From: Piromyces finnis finn
Taxonomy: Eukaryota > Fungi > Neocallimastigomycota
Assembly (NCBI GenBank): GCA_002104945.1
Contig: MCFH01000073.1
Location: 124,001 to 188,000, forward strand
Direction: 5' to 3'
Length of the DNA: 64,000 nt
This document shows, one piece after another, positions 50,901 through 64,000 of this stretch. The translations under genes and the position numbers were made by a program. The notes beneath the pieces were generated by a model. That model was not told the DNA's origin, did not search any database, and worked only from the letters and a program-made list of their open reading frames with translations. Each line of letters opens with the position of its first letter. Positions within the stretch are counted from its first letter, which is position 1.

Positions 50901-53630
50901 AGAACCAACGAATAAACGTTTTTCACTTCCTATGCTTGATGAGTGGGATATCAACCAAGATATTAGTATTGATGAAGTCAAGTCAGCTATCCTCTCTACT
51001 CCAAATTATAAAGCATCAGGTCCGGATGGTATTCCAATTGAATTTTACAAAGCATTAATTCCATCAAGTAATGATTCTAATAATGCTACAGATAATAATT
51101 CTTCCGGTAATACTACTTCAGATAATGATGCTCATGGTTTAAATTTTATTCTTAAATTATTCAACCGTATTTGGGATGGAGACTTCCCCAACTCATGGAA
51201 TGAATCCAGTATTGTTTCTATTCCTAAGAAGGGAGATTTGACAGATTGTGATAACTATCGAGGTATATCACTTATCAATAATGGTATTAAGTTGATTTCC
51301 AAAATTGTCACCACTAGAATCTCAGAATATGGTTTAAAGAATAATTTCATTAGACCTGAACAATTTGGTTTTCGAAAAAAGGAAGAAAGTATTAGTCTTT
51401 TCATTTCAATCCAAGAAATATGCCGTAGACGTCAATTAGATAATAAAGAGACATATTTGGCCTTTTTAGATCTCAGGAAAGCATACGATTCAGTCCCAAT
51501 CGGTAATATTCTCCATAAATTAGATTGTTTAGGAATCCGAGGTAAGAGTTTACAATTTATCAAAAATTTATATTTAACATCTAAGGCTAATGTCAAATTA
51601 GATGGACAATTCTCGAAATCTTTTGATGTGAAGAAAGGAGTCCGTCAAGGTTGCCCACTTTCTCCTATTCTTTTTAATCTCTTTATTAATGATATATTTA
51701 AAGAGTGTGAAGATCTCGGAGTCAGTTTAGGTGACACTCGATGCTGTGGTGGACTTTTTGCAGATGATATAGTTATTTGTGCTCCAACAAGAGGATGCTT
51801 AAAAAAGATGCTTAGAAGAGTTAATGAATGGGCACTGTATAATGAAATGGAATTTGGTATCCAGAAATGTTCAACGATGGTGATTCGTCCTGAATCAATA
51901 GAAAATCAGAACAAGAGAGATCCAACATTTTACTTAGCAGGACAACCCATTCCAACTACTGATTGCTATACTTATCTTGGTGTTCCATTTGATAAGAATC
52001 TGTCCCTTAAACCAGTAATTAAAGCTCTTAATAACAAGGTTTTGAAAGGACTTTTCTCAGTCAGTAAATTCTTAAGAAATCCTAATATTCCTATTCCTTT
52101 CAAAAAACTAGTACTTAAATCACAAGTGATTAGCAGAGTTTCATACTTTGCACCATTACTTGGATCCAACAAAGCTAGGTCTAGAATTGCTCAGAAGCAT
52201 GTTAACAAAGGAATACGATGGGTTGCCGGAGTTCATAAAGCTGTATCGTTTATATCTTTATACTCTATTTCAAAAGATTTGAATATTCCTCCATTGTCAG
52301 CCAAATGTGCGTTAGCTCAGGTTAGATGTTTTAACAAATGGAAAAACTCAAATTGTATTATCTCACACCTTGTCAATTACATTCCTAAATTTAGAAAATA
52401 CACGTGGTGCAAATCAAGTAGGACACTTGATAAAAAACTAAAGAAACATGGAGATGTTAAAGCAGTTAAAAACTTTTATTGGAAAGATCTCAAAGGGAAT
52501 TCAATCAAAGCGCAATATTATGACGATAATAAATTTAGTGAAACTAAAGATTTTATTAAATTATGTTATGAATACCCAGAGTTTGCCTATGGCTTCTACT
52601 GGCTATTGAAAGCAAGAAGCGGATATAAGTTGGATGCTAGAGTTGCCAAAGCTGCTAAATTTGTTGATCCAGTTTGTCCTAACTACTGTCCATGTTGCAA
52701 GTGTGGAGATCAAAGTATTAAACATTGGTTATTAGATTGTCCAACATTTAGAGATATCCGTATTAAACATTATGATTCCATAGTCCAGCTATTAAATTTT
52801 TTCAGTCAACGTAATTCCAATAGTCCTATCAATAATAATGAAAATGTTAATATCAGTAGAGATAGTAATAACATTAATAGTAATAGTAACAATAGTAGTA
52901 ATAACAATAGTAATAGTAACAATAGTAATAGTAACAATAGTAATAATAACAATAATAGAAATAATAATATTAGTAATGATAGCAATAGTGAAGATAATAA
53001 TTCTAATTTAGATAGTAATTTAGTTAATGATAGTAATAGTTCTAATAATCCGGTGAATATTAATGTGTATGATTATTCTAGTGTGTACAGTAAAATATTT
53101 AAATTCCTTCTTGGGGGAAGAAGTTTTAACAATATTAATTACAATTCAAGGGAATGGAAAGAACTTTGTAAGCGTCAGATTCAATCTGGTACTAATGAAG
53201 GAACACCATTCTTGACGGTAACCGCGGAACTTCTAACCAAAATCATGCCTTTTGCTATTGGCCAGCAATGGTCAATGTTCAAAAGGTTTGAAGCAACATC
53301 CAAGAGCGTCAATGCTGAAGAAACAGTAAGACAGGCCAGGAGGGCCAGCGCAACCAATGGAGATCATAATTTTGTTCCATGACAAAATTTTGATCTTTGG
53401 CTCGGTGTCCCATTGGAAGTCAAATACAATTATTATACTTTAGTATGATAGTGGCTTTCTTACTTTAATTAAAATTACAAGAATACATTATACCCAATTT
53501 TTATTCATTTGTGTTTATTTAAACATATTTTTTTTATTTTTATTTTATTTTAATTTTTATATTACATGTATTATAATTTTAATTAAATTAATAATAAAGT
53601 TTAAAATATTTGATGCCGTTAAAAAAAAAA
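47973..53630 (+). mobile_element. Full-length LINE copy 3 (frameshifted as assembled)
   Basis: Starts CCCTCTTGGAAC, has the complete 5'UTR, ORF remnants and 3'UTR, and ends in poly(A) at 53621-53630. No clear TSD found. Confidence 0.95.
48861..53382 (+). pseudogene. LINE polyprotein split by two 1-nt deletions
   Basis: Relative to copy 2, one A is missing at ~49518 (GACTTTATAAT vs GACTTTAATAAT) and one C at ~50290 (AAAATTTGAAA vs AAAATTCTGAAA). This gives ORFs 48861-49778, 49724-50293 and 50290-53382. May be sequencing error. Confidence 0.8.
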
Positions 53631-54033
53631 CGATGAATAAAGTGAAAAAAAATAGTCCATTTTCTTTCTTTCCTTTTTTTTTTTATAGTATGACTAACAA
53701 TAATGTAGTTATAGAAAATTTTTGTATTATTATTTGATAAATAAAATAGCTAAAATAGCAATTTAAAAAAGGCATATTTGAAAAGTATTAGTAAAATGAA
53801 GTTACTTTTAATTTTAAAAAAGATAAAAAAGTTTAATTAAAATAAACGAATTTATTTTTTTTTTCTTTTTTTAGAAAAAAAAAAAAGATACAAAATATTT
53901 TATAAAAGTAATATACCATTAAACATAAAAATAAATTTATTATGCCAAAAATTACAAAAAGAAATGGAAGAAAATAAATATAATATATTAAGATAATTTA
54001 AAAGCAGACATTAACAACAACAACAATGGAGTG

Positions 54034-54220
<187 letters not shown>

Positions 54221-55348
54221 TAAAAGCAAATTTAAAAGTTCAAAGTATTTCATATGTAAATAAGCAATATATAGATATTATTGATAATCTATTTGAAGCT
54301 ATAGTTGCTAAAAATAATTGTGATGGAAACCTATAGTATAAAGGATCACATTTTTTTATTTTATGTTGATTAAGAGATGAATTTTTTAAATTTTTTTTTT
54401 TTTGTTATAGAGGATGTAAAATTTATTAGTTTACCAAGAATAAATCATCCATTTTCAAAATTCAAGTACAATAACAACAACAAAAAAAAAATCAATTCAC
54501 ATTTAAATAATATTTTCATTTTTCTTTTTTAAACATTTTTTAATCCATATTTAATATATTCAACATGAAATAAAACTATTGAATTTAATGCGATTTATTC
54601 TATTTATACAATTTTTGTTATACAAATTTACCTATTATTTATTTATAATATATAAGAAAAACAGAGGTTCAAAAAATACTAAATAAAATATCCGCCGTTA
54701 AAAAAGGATAAAGATAAAACATATCAATATATAAAAAAATTATTAGTAATTGCTGCTGCATCAATCATTTCCAATTTCCTTCATTCAGATACTACGGATG
54801 AATACTAAAATAAGAATAGATAAAAAAAAAAAAAAGAATATAAATAACAATAAATAAGAATAGAATTAAAATGAATTCATAAGAATATAATGATAATATA
54901 TAAAAGAATATACTTTTTATTGTTGTTATCTTTATATAAAACCGTAATTTTTTTTATAATTAATTAAATTATTTTGTCCAATTGTGGATTAAGTATTTTA
55001 AATTATAAAAAGAATGAGCAATAATTTCAAATTTAAAGTTTTTAAAGTTTAATTTTAAATTCGTCATTTTGGTTACACAATAACAAATTCAAAAATATAT
55101 TAAATAATATATGTGTATCATATATTAATAATAAATTGCTAATATATAATTTTTATATTGTTTTTGATCAACTTGAAATACAAACAAAAAGAAAAGTAAA
55201 AAAAAAAAAAGATATAAATAGGTTAAGAACCTTTTTTTTTTTTTATACTTTACTTTAAAAAACATATTATTTATATATATATTAATTTAAGTTTATTCCA
55301 CAAACACATATATTTATAAAATAAATAATAATAAAAAATAAAGAAAAA

Positions 55349-56810
55349 ATGAAATATTATCAATTTTTATTATTATGCCTTTTATTTATCCAAATTATAA
55401 ATGCTCATGGAAGTAAGTAATCATACAATTTTGTATAATTAATTATATATAATTTTATAAATACATAGATATATTGATAGAAAAAAAATGTAACGATTGA
55501 ATTATTCATTGTATATTACTTTTTATTTAAATAAATAAATAAATAAAAAAAAAAAACATAGTTCATCATCATGATGATGAAGAAGAGGGAGAAGAACATG
55601 ATCATGAACATGAAGAAGATGAAGAACAATATGCTGCTTGGGTTACTATTCTTGGTATTGTTGGTATTATTGCTTGCTCCTTTATTGGAACTATTTTACC
55701 AGTAATTTATTCTAAAAAGTAATGTATCATTTTAATAATTATTAGTAATACTTTATTATTTAAATATATATTAAACAATATTAATAATAATGATAATATA
55801 TTTAATATTAAAAAAAAAAAAAACAATAAATTACAAAAAAAAATATTAATAAACCTTTTATTTTTTATTAAAAAAAACTTTTTTTTTAGATCCATCTTCA
55901 AAGAAAGTAGTTTATTCTTTAGTTGTGTTAAACTTTTTGGTACTGGTGTTATTTTAAGTACTGCTTTTATTCACATGATTATTCCATCAGATCAAATTTT
56001 AACTAGTGAATATACCAATAAATTATTTAATGAAAAATATACTTCATTTGCTGGTGTATTTGCTATTCTTGGTATTGTCATTACGCATGTTGTTCAAGTA
56101 TACACCAGTCATTACATAAAATTAATACTGAAGATCATCATTCTCATGGTTCAAGTGCTAATACTGAAATGACACTTAACTACGAAGCTAAAGTTAAACA
56201 ATATTTAGAAACAGACCTTTCCAACCCAGAAAATGTTTATCATGAAAAAAATTCTAAAACCATTTCAATTGCTGATGTTGATGGTTGTGTTGAGGAACAA
56301 CATGGTATTTTACATTTAATGGAAAACAAGGAAAAACAAACCATCAGTTATTTATTAGAAATTGGTATTTCTCTTCATTCCATTTTAATTGGTATTGCTT
56401 TTGGTATGACTAGAGATAAAGAACTTATTGTATTAATGGTTGCTTTAATGTTCCATCAATTCTTTGAAGGTATTTCTCTTTCTTCTGTTTTCGTTGAAGC
56501 TCATTTTAAACATGCTATTTCTATCATTGTCATGATCATTACTTACTCTTGTACTTTACCTATTGGTGGTATTATCGGTTTACTTATTCGTAGTTCCGTT
56601 GAATCTACAAATTCCGCCTATTTAACCATTCAAGGTATTATTGATGCAGTTGCTGGTGGTATTCTTGTTTATGATGATACTGTAAATATTTTATCAAGAC
56701 ATTGTAATTCCGATAGATTTAAGGCTTCTTCTCTTGGAAGAAAAAATATTCAATTAATTTGCTTTTATTTAGGTATTCTTACTTTAGCCATCATTGGTAT
56801 CTGGGCTTAA
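55349..56810 (+). CDS. ZIP (Zrt/Irt-like) zinc/iron transporter, 3 exons, with an apparent frameshift at ~56115
   Basis: Signal-peptide exon MKYYQFLLLCLLFIQIINAHG (GT 55413). Exon 2 starts IHHHDDEEEGEEHDHEHEEDEE followed by a TM segment. Exon 3 has KLFGTGVILSTAFIHM, then LLEIGISLHSILIG and ALMFHQFFEGISL (ZIP TM4/TM5 metal motifs). Confidence 0.85.
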
Positions 56811-57585
56811 GTAATTCTTTTTTTTTTTTTTAAAAAAAAAAAAAGAAAAAAAATTAGGAATAAAAAAAAAACATTATTAAAAACATAATTAAAAACATTA
56901 TTATAAATTCATATCATTAAAAAAAAAAAAGAATTTTTTTAATTTCTTTTACTCTTTTCTATTTTTACTTTATAAAAAGAGAGAGGGAGAGAGAAAAAAA
57001 AAAAAAGTAAAAATCTAATTTATGAAAACTATTCGATTCATTCATTCATTCATTTATTTATTTAATAATTTCAAATTCATATATATATATATATATACAA
57101 AAAACAATTCTATTTATACTAGAAAATATTAAATATATCATTAAAATATAAGAAATAGAAAAAAAAAAATAGTACTATTTATTTTCAATAATAATACAAT
57201 TATAAATAAAAAGTTTAATCATTTTTAACAAAAAAAAATATTTGACCTTTTTTTTTCATTTCATCAATATTAAAACAAAACGAAAAACATATTAATTGAT
57301 ACTATGTATTTTTTTTTGTATGATACATATATTAAGTTTTATTAAAAAAAAAAAAGGTTTCAAACTTTATGTTTCACTGTTGAAAAAAAAAATGTTTTTT
57401 CTATTCTTCTATATTTATTGGTATGTTAATTGGAAAAAAAAAAAAATAAATTATAAACTATTTATATATTATTAAATAAAAAAGATTATTTATAAAAAAA
57501 AAAAAAAAAGAATTTTCTTTGAGAGTTAACTAAATATTCTATTGATATAATAAAAAAAAATTGTATAATAATAATAATGATTATA

Positions 57586-57616
<31 letters not shown>

Positions 57617-57737
57617 GCATTGGTTGTAGTTGTAGTAGTAGTAGTACTAATATTATATTAAATTATATTTAAATTATAATTTTATATCAAGTATTTATTA
57701 TACATATTTACTATTTAAATTTGAAAAAAAAAATACT

Positions 57738-59120
57738 TTAAAGATATTTATTATTGTGGTGGTGGTTATAACCGTGATAACCATTAGTTTTAGATGCTGA
57801 ATAATTAAAATCTTCATTGTTATGATTGTAATGATATAGATCTTGTTTCTTAGTTACTAATGGCAGGTCATGAATAGTATTACTTTTATCGGTATGATAT
57901 TTAGAAAAGTCATCCATGGATGTTTGATAATTTTCTCTACAAAAACTTGGAATTGGTAATGGGGTAAATTTATCATCTAACCTATAGGAATTCTTATCTT
58001 CTTTTGGTGAATTTATAACTATTTCTGGGACATTATTCATACCATTGGTTTTTTTATTTCTTTTAATTAAAAATAGGCCAGCCGCTAATACGACTAATGT
58101 AACACAGACACCACCTCCAATTAAAATATTTGAAAGAGGCTTTTTTGATTCTTCACCTTGTTCATTAAAATTATTTTCATTGATATTTTGGTCTTGAGCA
58201 TTACTTCTGTCATTATTCATGTCATTATTACTATTCATATTACTATTTACATTATTCATTTCATCATTATTATTGTTCATTAAATTGTTGGTTACATTGT
58301 TATTATCATTAGTATTGGTTGATTGTATCAAGTGATTAGTGGTTTTGTATGACATTATCTTTCTGTTTCTGAAATCTTCATCAATTTGAGTGTAACTAAC
58401 AGTATCAGGGTTTTCATTTTGATAGATTGTAAATGTATCAAAAACTTTATTACTTGAATTAATTCTAAGAAATTCACAATACGCTTTTTTATTATTACCA
58501 CCAACATTAAAATTACAGAATAAACCTCCAAATCTCTTTTCATTTTCTTTATGTTCACCCAAAGCATATTTCTTTTGCCAGTGAGAATAACTTTTTTGTT
58601 CTCCTTGTTCAATGTACATTTCAAAACCACCAGCACCATTTAAAATATTGATGGTGGCACCATTACGAATTTGAGCAATATCACCACCTGTCTTACCATC
58701 ATATTTATCAATTTTTGGTGTACTAAATCTAGACATGACACGAGTTCTAGCATAGACATGGTCATGTGCACTAAATACTATGGCACCATGTTCTTTACAA
58801 TAATCATAGAAACTTTCACCATCATCAGAAACAATATTACCATATTGTTGATATTTTCCAGTATGATAATATTTATCATAAAAGTGCCATGCACAAATTT
58901 TCCAATCTTCCTTGGCATTTTCAAGATGTTTCTTTAAAAAGCTCAATTGTTCCTTTCTTTTATCTGCACCATTAATACCTGGTGTTACTCCTATTACTCT
59001 CTATTTTTCATTGAATTTCAATAATAATAAATATATAAAATTATTAATATATCGTAGATATTAAAAATATAATAAATATATTATAAATAACAAAAAATTA
59101 TGATTATTATTATTATTATG

Positions 59121-59186
<66 letters not shown>

Positions 59187-59877
59187 GATATCATTATTAT
59201 CATAATTTTATAGTAATTATGTTACATTTTAAGTAGGATATTTACCATATTCTTATAGACACAAACCCACATAAATTTCGATTCTGAAAATTGACATTTA
59301 GTTTTACCATTTTTACTACTACTCATCATTTCATTGTATATATTACTTCTAAATCTGTCTGCTTGATCATCACCACATTGAGATCTAGCATCATGATTTC
59401 CTATAACACCCATAAATTGATATTTGCGGTTGGAATCTAAAATTTTTGTAAAATATTTATCTGCATTACAATTATAATCAAAATCACCAAGATGTAAAAT
59501 AGCATCAAATGTGGTTAATTGCATTACTTCACGAGCTTCACGTTCCGTACCACTTTTTTTTTTTTTTTTTAATATATATATTATGTATACATTATGAAAA
59601 CATATAAATAAAATTGAATAAAGAACTATTAATAAAATTATTGTTTTTTTTTTTCTTTAAAAAAAAAAAACAATTTCCATTTTCTTTTTTTAATGAATAG
59701 ACTTTTTATCTAATTATTATCTATTTACCTATCACCAATAATAGCTAATTTAAATTCGTCTGCTCCATATCTATACGAATTGAGTTGTTCCTCCGTAATT
59801 GCTTGAGAATTAGTTTTATTTATTTGATGTGTAGTTATAAGTAGACATGATAAAATGAATTTTATATTTAATTTCAT
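57738..59877 (-). CDS. Calcineurin-like metallophosphoesterase with signal peptide and C-terminal TM anchor (3 exons)
   Basis: Exon 1 reads MKLNIKFILSCLLITT...LAIIGD, spliced to SGTE. Motifs LHLGDFDY, VIGNHD, CAWH and FSAHDHVYAR. Asn-rich stalk, TM ILIGGGVCVTLVVLAAGLFLI, then KRNKK and a cytosolic tail. Confidence 0.82.
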
Positions 59878-61374
59878 TTTTTATTTTTTTTCAAGATTTT
59901 GAAAAAATTGCTTTTGTTTTTACTTGAAAATTTTGGTATAATTTAATCTTTTTATTTTTTTTATTCTTTCTTTATAGTATCTCAAAACTTAGTTGTGGGT
60001 TAATATTTTCCTTTTAAATTGTCAATGCAAACTTTTCTCTACTGACGATAATAAACAATTATTAACCTTTCTTTTCTCATCAAAATTATCTTTTTTTTTA
60101 AATAAAAAAAAAAAAACTAATTTTACTTTCTCTTTCTTTTTTTAGTTGTGTTTCGATAAATTGATTTTAATATATTTAATAAACCTTAATAATTATAAAA
60201 AATATATTATTTCTTTTTTGATTAGATTGCAATATATATTACAAATATATTATATTATATTGAATATTAATTAAAATATTTTTAAACTGCAAAAAAAAAC
60301 TTTAAAGTTTTAAATTTTAATATCAATATATATTAATATAATAAACAATTTATTATTTAATTTATTTAATATATTAAAATATATATACAAATAGTAAATA
60401 ATATATATTGGAGTTTAATGAAAATTTTGTATTAAGATTTGGAAAAATTATGTAGCAAAGGAATAAATATTTTACATAAAATATAACATAAAATTTTATT
60501 TATGCGAATATTTATGTGTGTAATATCATGTGATATTATTTTTACAGAAATTTCAATTCCCTTATTTTTTTTTTTTAATATAAAAAAATGTGTATTTAGG
60601 AAGAATAAAAAAAAAAAAGTTTAATAATCTTATTAAATAAAATCTGGTTAAACATGGTAAAAAGTATTTATAATAAACGACTTTTATGATATGAACTATG
60701 CATATATATGTTGTTTTATAGTATATAAAATATATGTACTATGGAAAAAAAATAAATAAATGATTTTAAAAAGTGTATATCAATAATTAAAAAGAATAAA
60801 ACTAAATAAAGGATTTATTTTTTTTAAAATGTGGTATGAAGGAATACATATATATTATACATAGATATGCTTGGATGAAAGGAATTATGGTCATTAGTTA
60901 TTTCAATATATATTACACAAGTAATAGTGAGAAAAGTGTCAGATCAATATGAATTTGACAACCTGACACCGCATTTCCTATAATATGTGATACTTGATGA
61001 TATTAATATTATTGATATATTTTTATCTAAATATATATTCTGATATTATTATCAGTGAAAATATTTAAAATATATAATTACGCTTGATAAAATTAATTAT
61101 TTTAATAAGAAATACGTTCAAGATTTTTAATTTTTAATACTTTGTTTCTATTTACAATTTATTTTAATATATATTACATTTATTTAAATTATAAATAACA
61201 TTAATCTTAATTTTACTTTTTTTTTATTTTATTCAAATACTTAAATATATATATATTTTCCTTTTTATTTTTCTTTTTAGTTTTTTTTTCTATAATATTT
61301 AAAAAAGAAAAAAAAAATATTAAAGATTAGAAAAACATTTTAATTTATATATATAATCTTTTTTTTAATTTAAT

Positions 61375-62231
61375 CTAGAATTGATTAAAGAAATCCCAAG
61401 TTGCTTGAGGTACCCATGATTGATTTTGACCTGGATCTTTATGATCCCAAATATGACCACCAGATTCGGTACACCAACGAACTGGGAATTTTTCATCCAC
61501 AGTTTTGTAATCATAACATTTGTGTGGACCACCTCTTTCAGCTTCTTCAGCTTTTTCTTGAACAGCAACTCCACCAACGGAATTATGTTTAAGAATAATA
61601 TCACGAGCATTACGACCCATTTCAGCTGTACAAACACCATCTTCAAAACCAAGAACACCCATCCAACCAATACCATCACCAGTATGTTCTGGAAGCCAAA
61701 TATCTCTTTCAGCAGTTTCATAAACAGCAACAGCACGAAGAACCTTTTGATGATTCCAGGAAAGACCATTAGTAAACATAGAACCATAACTGAAACCGGT
61801 AGAGAAGACACGAGATTCATCAATACAGAAATCATCCTTTAATTTTTCAAGTAATTCATCAAACATAGTGTATTCAGCTCTACTCCATGGTAATTGTCCA
61901 AGAATACCTTCTGGAGCAATGAAAATAGAAGTGTTTTGAGTATCTAAAGGTTTTAAACCGTAGTATCCTTCTTGTTGGACACCACCTCCCCAACCACCTA
62001 AGCAGTGCATACCAAAGATTAAACGGTAAGGTTTATTGTTATCATAGTTTTCTGGAACATCAATACGAACGGTACGAATACCTTGAAACCATGAGAAATC
62101 AAAAGAACCAGATTTTGGAAGACTTGGAGTTTTTCCACATCCCTTTGATGGAACTGGTGCATTCTTAAGTGGGTATGGATAGGAAGATTGACCACCTTGG
62201 TATTGACTTTGGTTTTGATTTTGATTGCTAG

Positions 62232-62278
<47 letters not shown>

Positions 62279-62586
62279 GAAATACCACACCAATTATTAT
62301 TTTCAAAACCCCATTCGCCATCACTATCAGTATATACTACAGTATTACCTTGACAACATGGGTAACCAAGTCTTTCAGAAAAGCAACTATTTTGATTAAT
62401 AGCATTATTATTATCATCAGAAATACCACACCAATTATTATTTTCAATACCCCATCTACCATCACTATCAGTGTATACTACAGTGTTGCCTTGACAACAT
62501 GAATAACCAAGTCTTTCGGAAAAGCATCCAGCAGACGCCTTAGCAACAACAGCGGTAAGAGCTACAATTATAGTAGAAATTTTCAT
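61375..62586 (-). CDS. Cellulosomal CE1 feruloyl-esterase-like enzyme with two N-terminal fungal dockerin (CBM10-like) domains
   Basis: Signal peptide [19 protein letters not shown]. Two repeats CFSERLGY(S/P)[24 protein letters not shown]. Poly-Asn linker. Catalytic domain GCGKTP...[17 protein letters not shown]...GFSYG (G-x-S-x-G)...GGHIW, resembling FaeC/FaeD-type CE1. Intronless. Confidence 0.88.
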
Positions 62587-64000
62587 TGATCTTAAATAGT
62601 ACCTTTTATAACAATTTATATTATTATTATTTATTTTTTAATTATAAAAGTTAAAGTAAAAAAAAATATGTTTAAAAGGAAAAAAGTATTATATATATAT
62701 TTAAAATTATTTTATAAAAAAAAAACGAATAATATATATTTTTAAATAATTAATAATAATTATATAATAGGAAAATCTGTAAATCTGTAGAAAAATTTAA
62801 TTTATTTTAGCTTTATTAAATTATTGTAACCAATAAGATTTTAATAATAATTATTGTTGTATAAAGGGTGACATTTTCATATAAGACCGCCGCTTTATTA
62901 ATTTTGATCTTTTTTCCTATTTTATTTGGTAAAAATAACAAAGTTGTACCTTTGTGTTAAAAAAAAAGTTCTTTTTTTTTTTTGGTAAAAACTACCATGC
63001 TTTTAAAATAAATCCTTGGTAATGAAACATTTTTTTTTATTATTCTTGAAAAGAAATGATATATCAATTTTAACATATTTAAGAATGCACAAAATGCAAA
63101 AAAAAGAAAACAAAAAAATATTCATATTATTGGAATGAAGATATAAAATACTATTTAAGAATGTCATCTTAAATTAAATTTTAACTAATCAAATGAAAGT
63201 ATTCTTGGGTTATATCTCCATTTATAGAAATTAAAAATGTTTCCAAATTTTATCTCAAAAAAGTTCCAAGATAAAGAAAAAAGGGAAAAAGAAAAAAAGA
63301 AAAAGAAATCCAAGGCAAATTAAAGGTGAAAAACTCTTATAAATTACTTGTTCATATAAAGAAAAAAAAGATTATTTTTATTATTAAGTCTATACTTTTA
63401 TTCATTATTCTATTTTTATATTAAATAATATCAAAGGAACTTTTGTATAAAGAATGTATTAAAGTTTGTCTTTATTATATTTATTTTTATATTACTTTTT
63501 CAAAGTAACAATAACAACAACAAACAATAACAACAACAACAACAACAAAATTTTATATTTTCTATTTAAATAATCGTGAAAATAAGATTTATATTATTTT
63601 ATTAGGTTAACATTTTTTTTAAATTTTAATTAAAAGATTTATTTTATAATTTTGGTTAATAAATTTCACTAGTCTTCCTATATCTTTGAAATATTTACTA
63701 TTTTTTATTTAAATGACAATACTTGTCGTTAGTGTCAATATTCATTATCATTTAAAATTTAAAGTAGACAATAATAAATGAATAATAATATATATATTTA
63801 AATAGTTAATTATATATAATAATATAATATTAAAGTTGTAATGATAAAAAAAATTCTTTCATTTCAATTCAATTGCATTTTTAAATAGTAAATAATATAC
63901 ATTCTTCAGAAAATAATAATTTAAGAATGAAAACTGTATACTTGACTTATAAAATATTACTACCATCAATATTGTATTTTTTTTTTATACACAAGATTGA

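Noticed and set aside
47961-53645. TSD for LINE copy 3
   Set aside because: Upstream TATAAATA does not match downstream CGATGAATAAAG; any duplication would be hidden in the poly(A) or absent.
60936-60969. GTGTCAG...CTGACAC inverted repeat downstream of the esterase
   Set aside because: Only a 7-bp stem with a 20-nt loop and no other copies seen; plausible by chance.

Overview
This is extremely AT-rich, intron-containing eukaryotic DNA. The fungal dockerins, CotH-CBM18 proteins and poly-A/T intergenic tracts point to an anaerobic gut fungus (Neocallimastigomycota); that assignment is an inference. Host genes, in order: TRM13 tRNA methyltransferase (+), a GIDE/RING E3 ligase resembling MUL1/SP1 (-), a single-TMD/NBD ABCA transporter (-), a PCL/Pho80-type cyclin-box protein (-), two tandem secreted CotH kinase-CBM18 genes (+), a ZIP metal transporter with an apparent frameshift (+), a membrane-anchored calcineurin-like metallophosphoesterase (-), and a double-dockerin CE1 feruloyl-esterase-like enzyme (-). 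About 18 kb belongs to one young non-LTR retrotransposon family: three ~5.7-kb full-length copies (two with intact 1507-aa ORFs, one frameshifted) and one 5'-truncated copy. All four have poly(A) tails, and TSDs can be identified for all but the frameshifted copy. The most unusual signals are in this element. It has a single ORF with an ORF1-like N-terminus fused to APE-RT. Its three long copies start at essentially the same 5' nucleotide. Its 5' end is a tandem 124-nt module predicted to fold into nested stems with a possible pseudoknot, and it matches no ribozyme core I could recognise. Three of the insertions sit within about 35 bp of original target DNA.
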